Assembly (NCBI RefSeq): GCF_003334335.1
Contig: NZ_QOWQ01000011.1
From: Escherichia coli
GTDB lineage: Bacteria; Pseudomonadota; Gammaproteobacteria; Enterobacterales; Enterobacteriaceae
Length of the DNA: 64,000 nt
Reading direction: 5' to 3' (one strand)
Positions 46,912-56,217 of the stretch are shown here, piece after piece. Within the stretch, counting starts at the first letter, position 1. Each line of letters begins with the position of its first letter. Both the position numbers and the translations under genes were made by a program. The notes below the pieces were generated by a model. It ran no database searches. It saw only the letters and a list, made by a program, of their open reading frames with translations, and was not told where the DNA came from.

Positions 46912-47811
46912 TTACGCAGAGAAAAAGGCGATGAGGAGCGGCACTAACAGGCTAAGAATAAAACCGTGAACAATTGCCGCCGGGACCATATCCAGCCCGC
47001 CAGTACGTTGAAGAACGGGCAGGGTGAAATCCATTGATGTGGCACCGCATAAGCCCAGTGCAGTAGAGCGGCTGCGGCGAATCAGCCCAGGGATCAACAT
47101 AATAGCAATCAGTTCACGGGCCAGATCATTAAAAAACGCCGCGCTCCCGATTACCGGACCAAAAGATTCGGTCAATAAAATACCGGAAAGAGAATACCAG
47201 CCGAAACCGGAGGCCATTGCCAGCGCGGTATTGATGGGGAGATCAAGAATAAAGGCGTTAATTAAACCACCAATTAATGAACTGACAACCACCACCACGG
47301 CGACAATCATTCCCCGGCGATTAAGGACAATCTGCTTTAAGGTCATGCCATTATTGCGCAACTGAATACCAACGAGGAAAAGTAGCAAAATTAACGTGTA
47401 TTCACTGGCTTCGGTCGCGTGTTGTAAGAAAGCCAGTCCACTTAGACCAATGGCAAAACCAATCACTACTACGCCGCACAGTTTTAGCGACTCCAGCGCC
47501 ATCGCAATACGCGACGGGAGTTTTTCTTGCTGATGGTGGTTGCGCCACGGCAGGCCTCGCTCCAGCCACATCAGGGCGGCAATATTACACAGTAAAATAA
47601 CGGTAATACTGACGGCAGAATAATGCAGAATCGCCAACAGGTTACTGGCGAGGTTATCGAGAAACGCCAGACTGATACCCATAAAAAAGAGAATAAGGTA
47701 AACCATCCAGCTTAATAGCTGATTAATAACTTTTAACGCAGCTTGTTGGCGAAGCGGAATGAGGTAACCCACAATCAGGGGAACCAGAATGATTAACAGC
47801 CCAGAAAACAT
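46912..47811 (-). CDS. lysO: L-lysine exporter
   Basis: Membrane ORF; I give the 299-aa form from ATG 47811 (MFSGLLIILVPLIVGYL...); the ORF track extends it to 47859 (315 aa), so the start is uncertain. K-12 name ybjE. Confidence 0.85.
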   Translation of the reverse strand: MFSGLLIILVPLIVGYLIPLRQQAALKVINQLLSWMVYLILFFMGISLAFLDNLASNLLAILHYSAVSITVILLCNIAALMWLERGLPWRNHHQQEKLPSRIAMALESLKLCGVVVIGFAIGLSGLAFLQHATEASEYTLILLLFLVGIQLRNNGMTLKQIVLNRRGMIVAVVVVVSSLIGGLINAFILDLPINTALAMASGFGWYSLSGILLTESFGPVIGSAAFFNDLARELIAIMLIPGLIRRSRSTALGLCGATSMDFTLPVLQRTGGLDMVPAAIVHGFILSLLVPLLIAFFSA

Positions 47812-48265
47812 GAAAACCCAGTCCTTGCAAAGATGAAGTCGAAATGCGCGATGACACACTACTGAAAGCGGAAGGACGAGTAAAGTTGCAATTAAAAGGA
47901 AATGTTATGCATAAGGAGCAGTAGAGTATTCGTTTTCATTTAAAGATATTCTTGCGCTTTAATTACAAACTGCACCGATGTTGGTGGCGTCAAAATCGCC
48001 GAGGCGTTCCCTGAAGGCCGGGGCAGCCCACATGGATGTGGGCTGAGGGCGCGTTTTACAGGGATGTTACCTCGCGCCCGACCCGGTAGCCGTAAGGGAT
48101 AAGTCGAGGGCACCGCGCAGCGGCGATTTTGTTCGCCAGAGCCCGGGGGTGCAGGGGGCGGCGGCGATTGGCCGCCCCCTGCGCGCTCCTTGCGCCAGTG
48201 GCAATATGTTGCTTAGCTCATGAAAGGAGCGCAACAAGATGATGAATCAACATATAACAACATCT

Positions 48266-48296
48266 TAAAAAAAGGCCTGACATTACGCCAGGCCTT
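48266..48296 (-). terminator. Rho-independent terminator after aqpZ
   Basis: Stem aggcctg / caggcct followed on the minus strand by a U-run (plus aaaaaaa at 48267..48273). Confidence 0.6.
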
Positions 48297-48305
48297 CTGC
48301 GTTAA

Positions 48306-49001
48306 TTAATCACGCTTTTCCAGCAGGGTCCGGTAAATCAGACCACCGATAATGCCGCCGACAATTGGCACCACCCAGAAGAACCACAGTTGTTCTAATG
48401 CCCAGCCGCCCTGGAAGATAGCAACCGCGGTGCTGCGCGCCGGGTTAACAGAAGTGTTAGTCACCGGAATACTAATTAAGTGAATCAGGGTTAAGGCCAG
48501 ACCAATAGCGATCGGCGCAAAACCTGCCGGCGCGAATTTGTCGGTTGCGCCGTGGATCACCAACAGGAAACCTGCACTCAATACCAGTTCAACTACCAGC
48601 GCGGAAAGCATGGAATAACCGCCTGGTGAATGCTCGCCATAACCGTTAGAAGCAAAACCGCTGGCTGCCGCGTCAAAACCCGTTTTACCACTGGCAATTA
48701 AATACAGCAGCGCCGCTGCAACAATACCGCCGACAACCTGGGCAATTACGTAGCCAACGACTTCTTTTGCCGGAAAACGTCCGCCAGCCCATAAACCAAT
48801 AGTGACCGCCGGGTTAAAATGACCACCAGAAATATGACCAACAGCAAAGGCCATCGTCAGAACGGTCAGACCGAACGCCAACGCCACGCCGGCAAAACCA
48901 ATGCCTAATTCCGGGAAGCCTGCGGCCAGTACAGCACTACCACAGCCACCAAAAACAAGCCAGAAAGTACCAAAACATTCAGCTGCTAATTTTCTGAACA
49001 T
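48306..49001 (-). CDS. aqpZ: Aquaporin Z water channel
   Basis: 231-aa product from ATG 49001 ([17 protein letters not shown]...), two NPA motifs ([14 protein letters not shown]). Confidence 0.93.
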   Translation of the reverse strand: MFRKLAAECFGTFWLVFGGCGSAVLAAGFPELGIGFAGVALAFGLTVLTMAFAVGHISGGHFNPAVTIGLWAGGRFPAKEVVGYVIAQVVGGIVAAALLYLIASGKTGFDAAASGFASNGYGEHSPGGYSMLSALVVELVLSAGFLLVIHGATDKFAPAGFAPIAIGLALTLIHLISIPVTNTSVNPARSTAVAIFQGGWALEQLWFFWVVPIVGGIIGGLIYRTLLEKRD

Positions 49002-49426
49002 ATCCACCTCAATTAAAAATTGACCCTGTGAAAAATATGGTCGTTTTATAGGGTCGTCGTAAAAAAGTGACGACGGAAATAATGCGCGGCTATTTTAAAA
49101 ACGAAGGCGAGTCATTCACCAGATAAATAAATCCAGTAAATTTGATTTAGGGCAACAGCGGGTTGCCCCATATAGTCATTTGTCTGATTGACAGTGTAGT
49201 GCACGCAAAAGATTTAATCCTTTAGGCGTAATAAAAAATAATTTATCATGCTAATTATTTGATTTTGTTGTTTTTGCAGACTTATCAGCAAGAGGGAGTA
49301 TAACGCGATTATTCGCTCATTTTTCAGACATTTGCCATGCTTAAATGTGATGTCATCACGTATTAGCAAGGCCTTTCCCGTTATACTGCCAGCGTAAAGG
49401 ATAAGTCACATATTTCTGGAGGGGAT

Positions 49427-51085
49427 ATGATTCTTGAGCGCGTTGAAATTGTGGGTTTTCGCGGTATCAACCGTTTGTCGTTGATGCTGGAACAAAACAA
49501 CGTCCTGATTGGGGAGAACGCGTGGGGTAAATCCAGCTTGCTGGACGCCTTAACTCTGCTGCTATCGCCAGAATCAGATCTCTACCATTTTGAGCGCGAC
49601 GATTTCTGGTTCCCGCCGGGAGATATCAACGGGCGAGAACATCATCTGCATATTATTTTGACCTTCCGCGAATCGCTGCCAGGCCGACATCGGGTTCGCC
49701 GTTATCGGCCGCTGGAAGCGTGCTGGACGCCATGCACCGATGGCTATCACCGTATTTTTTATCGTCTGGAAGGGGAGAGTGCGGAAGACGGCAGCGTGAT
49801 GACACTGCGCAGTTTTCTCGATAAAGACGGACATCCGATTGATGTCGAGGATATTAACGATCAGGCACGCCATCTGGTGCGTTTAATGCCGGTGCTGCGC
49901 TTGCGTGATGCCCGTTTTATGCGCCGTATTCGTAACGGCACGGTGCCAAATGTCCCTAATGTGGAAGTCACCGCGCGCCAGCTCGATTTCCTCGCCCGTG
50001 AGTTATCCTCACATCCGCAAAATCTCTCTGATGGGCAGATTCGTCAGGGACTTTCCGCAATGGTACAGCTGCTTGAGCATTATTTCTCTGAGCAGGGGGC
50101 CGGACAGGCGCGATATCGTTTAATGCGGCGGCGAGCCAGCAATGAGCAACGAAGCTGGCGCTATCTGGATATCATCAACCGGATGATTGACCGACCTGGT
50201 GGGCGCTCGTATCGGGTTATTTTGCTCGGCCTATTTGCTACTTTGTTGCAGGCAAAAGGCACATTGCGACTGGATAAAGACGCCCGTCCATTGTTGCTGA
50301 TCGAAGATCCAGAAACCCGTTTACACCCCATTATGCTTTCAGTTGCCTGGCATCTGTTGAATCTTCTGCCATTGCAGCGCATTGCCACCACCAACTCGGG
50401 TGAGTTGCTTTCGTTAACGCCGGTAGAGCATGTTTGCCGACTGGTACGTGAGTCCTCGCGCGTTGCCGCCTGGCGTCTGGGGCCGAGTGGCTTGAGTACC
50501 GAAGATAGCCGACGCATATCCTTTCACATTCGTTTTAACCGTCCGTCATCGCTGTTTGCACGCTGCTGGTTGCTGGTGGAAGGGGAAACGGAAACCTGGG
50601 TTATCAATGAACTGGCGCGTCAGTGCGGACATCATTTTGATGCCGAAGGGATCAAGGTCATTGAGTTTGCCCAGTCCGGGCTAAAGCCACTGGTTAAATT
50701 TGCCCGCCGAATGGGGATTGAATGGCATGTACTGGTCGATGGCGATGAAGCAGGGAAGAAATATGCCGCTACGGTACGCAGCCTGTTGAATAACGATCGG
50801 GAAGCCGAACGAGAACATTTAACGGCGTTACCGGCGCTGGATATGGAACATTTTATGTATCGCCAGGGATTTTCCGATGTGTTCCACCGCATGGCGCAAA
50901 TCCCGGAAAATGTACCGATGAATCTACGCAAAATTATCTCGAAAGCGATCCATCGCTCTTCCAAACCCGATCTTGCCATTGAAGTGGCAATGGAGGCAGG
51001 ACGTCGTGGTGTGGACTCCGTACCGACGCTGCTGAAAAAAATGTTCTCACGCGTGCTGTGGCTGGCGCGCGGTCGCGCGGATTAA
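49427..51085 (+). CDS. ybjD: OLD-family protein: N-terminal ABC-like ATPase fused to C-terminal TOPRIM nuclease domain
   Basis: 552-aa ORF; Walker A GENAWGKSS (aa 29-37, nt 49511..49537), Walker-B-like LLLIEDPE, TOPRIM glutamate in LLVEGETE (nt 50576..50593) and DxD in VLVDGDEAG (nt 50738..50746). Confidence 0.9.
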   Translation: MILERVEIVGFRGINRLSLMLEQNNVLIGENAWGKSSLLDALTLLLSPESDLYHFERDDFWFPPGDINGREHHLHIILTFRESLPGRHRVRRYRPLEACWTPCTDGYHRIFYRLEGESAEDGSVMTLRSFLDKDGHPIDVEDINDQARHLVRLMPVLRLRDARFMRRIRNGTVPNVPNVEVTARQLDFLARELSSHPQNLSDGQIRQGLSAMVQLLEHYFSEQGAGQARYRLMRRRASNEQRSWRYLDIINRMIDRPGGRSYRVILLGLFATLLQAKGTLRLDKDARPLLLIEDPETRLHPIMLSVAWHLLNLLPLQRIATTNSGELLSLTPVEHVCRLVRESSRVAAWRLGPSGLSTEDSRRISFHIRFNRPSSLFARCWLLVEGETETWVINELARQCGHHFDAEGIKVIEFAQSGLKPLVKFARRMGIEWHVLVDGDEAGKKYAATVRSLLNNDREAEREHLTALPALDMEHFMYRQGFSDVFHRMAQIPENVPMNLRKIISKAIHRSSKPDLAIEVAMEAGRRGVDSVPTLLKKMFSRVLWLARGRAD

Positions 51086-52074
51086 CCGCGAAACATCGTG
51101 GCCATTTGTGGCTGAATAGCGTCGAGCATCTCATAGCGCCGACGGTATTCAGCCCGTTTTTTACTGGCGATTTCGGCAATCTCTTTTCGTGCTATCTGTG
51201 CTGGAAGGCGGTAATGGCGTTCAGCATCACATACGCCGCCAACCGATTCCCAGAAAGCGTTGTAATCAGCGTGGATCTTGCCTTCTTTATCGCGATAACG
51301 CAGGCTGCGGTAAATATGCGTTTCATTGCTGACGGCAATAATCTGCTCTACCTGCAAACGTTGGGCAAACAGACAGGCCGCTTCCATCACGAGGCGTTTG
51401 GGAAATAGCCCGTGGCAGGCTTTCGTCGCATTCTGGATTTCCTGATGTGGAATTTCCCATTTTGCGCCTTGCAGTCCGCCAATAAACATCGTTCTTTTCC
51501 CCTGATATTCACACAGGGTAAACGTGATCTCTGCCAGAGGAATACCTTCGCTGTTGCGGAACAGGATTGTGCTGTCACCTTCTTTATCCATTGAGATCAT
51601 CATGGTCAGCTCAAGCGTGAACTGCTCGCCGTTTTTGCCTTCCAGCTTCGCCAGTTGCAGCCCGGGGGTATTCAAATATAAGCTGAATTCTTCCGCCGAC
51701 ATACATTCGCGGAGTAACGCATAATGGTAACGTAACGCCTCCAGCAATTGCTTACGGCTAAGATTCGCCGCAAGGTAAGGGCGATGCAGACGCACAGGCA
51801 GTCGCGGCTGGCGCGTTAACAATACATTGAGATTAGGCCAGTGGGAAAGTTCGTTCATCCACTCAACGCTTAAACGCGGCATAATCAACGAGCGCAGCAA
51901 AAATTTCTGGCGAAAACTACGGCGATGCCAGAATTTACCCGGCCGACACTGTCCACGTGCCAGACTAAGAAAAAGTGACAGGCTGCTGAGAGATTCAGAT
52001 GGCGTAAAGGTCCGTTCAGTTAGCTGCGACATATTCATGAAATCAATGGTTATACATGGCGTCGATTTCACCAT
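51082..52074 (-). CDS. ybjX: VirK-like protein (DUF535)
   Basis: 330-aa ORF from ATG 52074; stop overlaps the ybjD stop in a shared TTAA; an internal Met (MSQLTERT...) is an alternative start. Confidence 0.8.
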   Translation of the reverse strand: MVKSTPCITIDFMNMSQLTERTFTPSESLSSLSLFLSLARGQCRPGKFWHRRSFRQKFLLRSLIMPRLSVEWMNELSHWPNLNVLLTRQPRLPVRLHRPYLAANLSRKQLLEALRYHYALLRECMSAEEFSLYLNTPGLQLAKLEGKNGEQFTLELTMMISMDKEGDSTILFRNSEGIPLAEITFTLCEYQGKRTMFIGGLQGAKWEIPHQEIQNATKACHGLFPKRLVMEAACLFAQRLQVEQIIAVSNETHIYRSLRYRDKEGKIHADYNAFWESVGGVCDAERHYRLPAQIARKEIAEIASKKRAEYRRRYEMLDAIQPQMATMFRG

Positions 52075-52188
52075 TGCGTATCTTAACCAAACATCAATAG
52101 TGTGATTACTAACGTAAATTTTAGGGTTTTGTTGATATTTCGTTGAAGTTAATGACCCGGATTGGCATATGGAGTATTCAGAAAATTT

Positions 52189-53304
52189 ATGAAAAAGCGG
52201 AAAACCGTGAAGAAGCGTTACGTTATTGCGCTGGTGATAGTCATCGCCGGACTGATTACGTTATGGAGAATTCTTAACGCACCCGTGCCGACTTATCAGA
52301 CGCTGATTGTGCGCCCCGGTGATTTACAGCAAAGCGTGCTGGCGACCGGAAAGCTGGACGCGCTGCGTAAGGTTGATGTGGGCGCGCAGGTCAGCGGTCA
52401 GTTGAAAACTCTGTCGGTGGCGATTGGCGATAAAGTAAAAAAAGACCAGCTTTTAGGGGTTATTGATCCTGAACAGGCTGAAAACCAGATTAAGGAGGTC
52501 GAAGCAACGCTGATGGAGCTACGTGCGCAGCGGCAGCAGGCGGAAGCGGAGCTGAAACTGGCGCGGGTGACGTATTCCCGTCAGCAACGTCTGGCACAAA
52601 CGAAGGCTGTTTCACAGCAGGATCTCGACACCGCCGCGACGGAGATGGCTGTGAAACAGGCGCAAATTGGCACCATTGACGCGCAAATCAAGCGCAATCA
52701 GGCTTCTCTCGATACGGCTAAAACCAATCTCGATTACACTCGCATCGTTGCCCCGATGGCCGGGGAAGTCACGCAAATCACCACTCTGCAAGGCCAGACG
52801 GTGATTGCCGCACAACAAGCACCGAACATTCTGACGCTGGCAGATATGAGCACCATGCTGGTAAAAGCGCAGGTTTCTGAAGCGGATGTAATCCACCTGA
52901 AGCCGGGGCAAAAAGCCTGGTTTACGGTGCTTGGCGATCCACTGACGCGCTACGAGGGGCAAATCAAGGATGTACTACCGACGCCGGAAAAGGTTAACGA
53001 CGCTATTTTCTATTACGCCCGTTTTGAAGTCCCCAACCCCAATGGTTTGCTGCGGCTGGATATGACTGCGCAAGTGCATATTCAGCTCACCGATGTGAAA
53101 AATGTGCTGACGATCCCTCTGTCGGCGTTAGGCGATCCGGTTGGCGATAATCGTTATAAAGTCAAATTGTTGCGTAATGGTGAAACACGCGAGCGTGAAG
53201 TGACGATTGGCGCACGTAACGATACCGATGTTGAGATTGTCAAAGGGCTTGAAGCGGGCGATGAAGTGGTGATTGGTGAGGCCAAACCAGGAGCTGCACA
53301 ATGA
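52189..53304 (+). CDS. macA: Macrolide efflux periplasmic adaptor (membrane fusion protein)
   Basis: 371-aa product from ATG 52189 ([18 protein letters not shown]...); coiled-coil/HlyD-type profile. Confidence 0.93.
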   Translation: MKKRKTVKKRYVIALVIVIAGLITLWRILNAPVPTYQTLIVRPGDLQQSVLATGKLDALRKVDVGAQVSGQLKTLSVAIGDKVKKDQLLGVIDPEQAENQIKEVEATLMELRAQRQQAEAELKLARVTYSRQQRLAQTKAVSQQDLDTAATEMAVKQAQIGTIDAQIKRNQASLDTAKTNLDYTRIVAPMAGEVTQITTLQGQTVIAAQQAPNILTLADMSTMLVKAQVSEADVIHLKPGQKAWFTVLGDPLTRYEGQIKDVLPTPEKVNDAIFYYARFEVPNPNGLLRLDMTAQVHIQLTDVKNVLTIPLSALGDPVGDNRYKVKLLRNGETREREVTIGARNDTDVEIVKGLEAGDEVVIGEAKPGAAQ

Positions 53305-55247
53305 CGCCTTTGCTCGAATTAAAGGATATTCGTCGCAGCTATCCTGCCGGTGATGAGCAGGTTGAGGTGCTGAAGGGCATCAGCCTCGATATTTATGCGG
53401 GTGAGATGGTCGCGATTGTTGGCGCTTCGGGTTCCGGTAAATCGACCCTGATGAATATTCTCGGCTGTCTGGATAAGGCCACCAGCGGCACCTATCGCGT
53501 CGCCGGTCAGGATGTTGCCACGCTGGACGCCGATGCGCTGGCGCAACTGCGCCGCGAGCATTTCGGCTTTATTTTCCAGCGTTACCATTTGCTTTCGCAT
53601 TTAACCGCCGAGCAGAACGTTGAAGTACCCGCCGTCTATGCTGGTCTTGAGCGGAAACAGCGACTGCTTCGTGCCCAGGAGTTGCTGCAACGGCTGGGGC
53701 TGGAAGACCGTACAGAGTATTATCCGGCACAGCTTTCGGGTGGTCAGCAACAGCGCGTCAGCATCGCGCGGGCATTGATGAACGGTGGTCAGGTAATTCT
53801 TGCCGATGAACCAACCGGCGCACTGGACAGCCATTCTGGCGAAGAGGTGATGGCGATCCTGCATCAGCTGCGCGATCGTGGGCATACGGTGATTATCGTC
53901 ACCCACGATCCGCAGGTCGCTGCTCAGGCCGAGCGGGTGATCGAAATTCGCGACGGCGAAATTGTGCGCAATCCTCCCGCCATTGAAAAAGTGAATGTTA
54001 CTGGCGGGACGGAACCTGTTGTCAACACGGTGTCTGGCTGGCGGCAGTTTGTCAGCGGTTTTAACGAGGCGCTGACGATGGCATGGCGGGCGCTGGCAGC
54101 GAATAAAATGCGTACTTTACTGACCATGCTGGGGATTATTATCGGTATTGCGTCGGTGGTTTCCATTGTCGTGGTGGGTGACGCCGCCAAACAAATGGTG
54201 CTGGCGGATATTCGTTCTATTGGTACGAATACTATTGATGTCTATCCCGGGAAAGATTTTGGCGATGACGATCCGCAATATCAGCAGGCGCTGAAGTACG
54301 ACGACTTAATCGCCATCCAAAAACAACCGTGGGTCGCCTCAGCCACACCTGCCGTCTCGCAAAACCTGCGCCTGCGTTATAACAATGTTGATGTTGCTGC
54401 CAGTGCCAATGGCGTGAGCGGCGATTATTTTAATGTCTATGGCATGACCTTCAGTGAAGGAAACACCTTTAATCAGGAGCAGCTGAACGGTCGTGCGCAG
54501 GTCGTGGTTCTCGACAGTAATACTCGCCGCCAGCTTTTCCCCCATAAAGCAGATGTGGTTGGCGAGGTGATTCTGGTCGGCAATATGCCCGCCAGAGTCA
54601 TTGGTGTGGCGGAAGAAAAACAGTCGATGTTTGGTAGCAGTAAAGTGCTGCGTGTCTGGCTACCTTACAGCACGATGTCCGGGCGAGTTATGGGCCAGTC
54701 GTGGCTTAACTCCATTACTGTCAGGGTGAAAGAAGGATTTGACAGCGCCGAGGCGGAACAGCAACTCACGCGTTTACTTTCACTGCGCCACGGAAAGAAG
54801 GATTTCTTTACCTGGAACATGGACGGCGTCTTGAAAACTGTTGAAAAGACCACACGTACTTTACAACTGTTTCTGACGCTGGTGGCGGTGATTTCGCTGG
54901 TGGTGGGCGGTATTGGTGTAATGAATATTATGCTGGTGTCAGTGACCGAGCGGACGCGGGAAATTGGCATTCGCATGGCTGTAGGTGCGCGAGCAAGCGA
55001 TGTTTTGCAACAGTTCCTGATCGAAGCCGTACTGGTTTGCCTGGTCGGTGGCGCGTTGGGAATAACACTGTCACTGTTAATTGCTTTCACCTTGCAGCTT
55101 TTCTTACCCGGCTGGGAGATTGGTTTTTCACCGTTGGCGCTGCTGCTGGCGTTTCTCTGCTCGACGGTCACCGGGATTTTATTTGGCTGGTTACCCGCAC
55201 GAAATGCGGCACGACTGGATCCAGTAGATGCTCTGGCACGAGAGTAA
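53301..55247 (+). CDS. macB: Macrolide efflux ABC transporter (fused ATPase and permease)
   Basis: 648-aa ORF, Walker [19 protein letters not shown]-terminal FtsX-like membrane domain; ATGA overlap with macA. Confidence 0.95.
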   Translation: MTPLLELKDIRRSYPAGDEQVEVLKGISLDIYAGEMVAIVGASGSGKSTLMNILGCLDKATSGTYRVAGQDVATLDADALAQLRREHFGFIFQRYHLLSHLTAEQNVEVPAVYAGLERKQRLLRAQELLQRLGLEDRTEYYPAQLSGGQQQRVSIARALMNGGQVILADEPTGALDSHSGEEVMAILHQLRDRGHTVIIVTHDPQVAAQAERVIEIRDGEIVRNPPAIEKVNVTGGTEPVVNTVSGWRQFVSGFNEALTMAWRALAANKMRTLLTMLGIIIGIASVVSIVVVGDAAKQMVLADIRSIGTNTIDVYPGKDFGDDDPQYQQALKYDDLIAIQKQPWVASATPAVSQNLRLRYNNVDVAASANGVSGDYFNVYGMTFSEGNTFNQEQLNGRAQVVVLDSNTRRQLFPHKADVVGEVILVGNMPARVIGVAEEKQSMFGSSKVLRVWLPYSTMSGRVMGQSWLNSITVRVKEGFDSAEAEQQLTRLLSLRHGKKDFFTWNMDGVLKTVEKTTRTLQLFLTLVAVISLVVGGIGVMNIMLVSVTERTREIGIRMAVGARASDVLQQFLIEAVLVCLVGGALGITLSLLIAFTLQLFLPGWEIGFSPLALLLAFLCSTVTGILFGWLPARNAARLDPVDALARE

Positions 55248-55257
55248 TTTTTGAGAT

Positions 55258-55287
55258 AAAAATGCCAGCCGATCGGGCTGGCATTTT
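55258..55287. terminator. Hairpin between convergent macB and cspD
   Basis: aaaatgccagcc / ggctggcatttt stem flanked by A- and T-runs. Confidence 0.55.
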
Positions 55288-55319
55288 GCCTTTAGGATGT
55301 ACACAATGAGACAGAAGAG

Positions 55320-55544
55320 CTATGCGACTGCCGCTTCTACTTCGACGGGCACAATAACACTGGCGTGATTGCCTTTTGGCCCCTGGTGGACATCAAACTG
55401 AACGGATTGTCCAGCTTTTAGCGTTCTGTAACCATCCATCTGAATGGTGGAATAATGAGCGAAAATATCTTCGCCGCCGCCTTCAGGGCAGATGAAACCA
55501 AACCCTTTGGCATTGTTGAACCACTTAACAGTACCCTTTTCCAT
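55320..55544 (-). CDS. cspD: Cold-shock-domain protein CspD (stationary phase, replication inhibitor)
   Basis: 74-aa product from ATG 55544 (MEKGTVKWFNNAKGFGFI...), RNP1/RNP2 cold-shock motifs. Confidence 0.93.
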   Translation of the reverse strand: MEKGTVKWFNNAKGFGFICPEGGGEDIFAHYSTIQMDGYRTLKAGQSVQFDVHQGPKGNHASVIVPVEVEAAVA

Positions 55545-55866
55545 GCTTCGACATCCTTCGCAAATCTTATACAAGTAAGATGGAATAAACCGGGGTCAGA
55601 GAGGGGGCTGTTCAAAACCTCGCCAACTCTAGAAATACAATTTAGAGAATTAGGGCGAGCCGTCAAGCATTTGACAGGGGACAAGGGGCAGGTATGAATC
55701 AAAAATTTGAAGCAGTTAACGCTATTGACAGGAATGTGACAGATGTCGCTGATGCCAACGATAGATGATAGTTATCTATCATGTGGAGTAGATTGGTCAG
55801 GCAAATAAGCTCTTGTCAGCGGCAGGGCGTTCTGCCGATAACCGTAACCGAAGATGATAACTGACA

Positions 55867-56187
55867 ATGGGTAAAACGAACGACTGGCTGGACTTTGATC
55901 AACTGGCGGAAGAAAAAGTTCGCGACGCGCTAAAACCGCCATCTATGTATAAAGTGATATTAGTCAATGATGATTACACTCCGATGGAGTTTGTTATTGA
56001 CGTGTTACAAAAATTCTTTTCTTATGATGTAGAACGTGCAACGCAATTGATGCTCGCTGTTCACTACCAGGGGAAGGCCATTTGCGGAGTCTTTACCGCC
56101 GAGGTTGCAGAAACCAAAGTGGCGATGGTGAACAAGTACGCGAGGGAGAATGAGCATCCATTGCTGTGTACGCTAGAAAAAGCCTGA
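55867..56187 (+). CDS. clpS: ClpA adaptor protein ClpS (N-end rule)
   Basis: 106-aa ORF ([18 protein letters not shown]...). Confidence 0.93.
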
Positions 56188-56217
56188 ATGCAGGCATAAA
56201 AATTGGGGGAGGTGCCT

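Noticed and set aside
47970-48235. Possibility that the GC-rich island between lysO and aqpZ is an inserted mobile element
   Set aside because: There is no transposase or integrase ORF, no terminal inverted repeats flanked by direct target duplications, and the gap length is consistent with the native K-12 arrangement as I recall it; kept as a structured native element.
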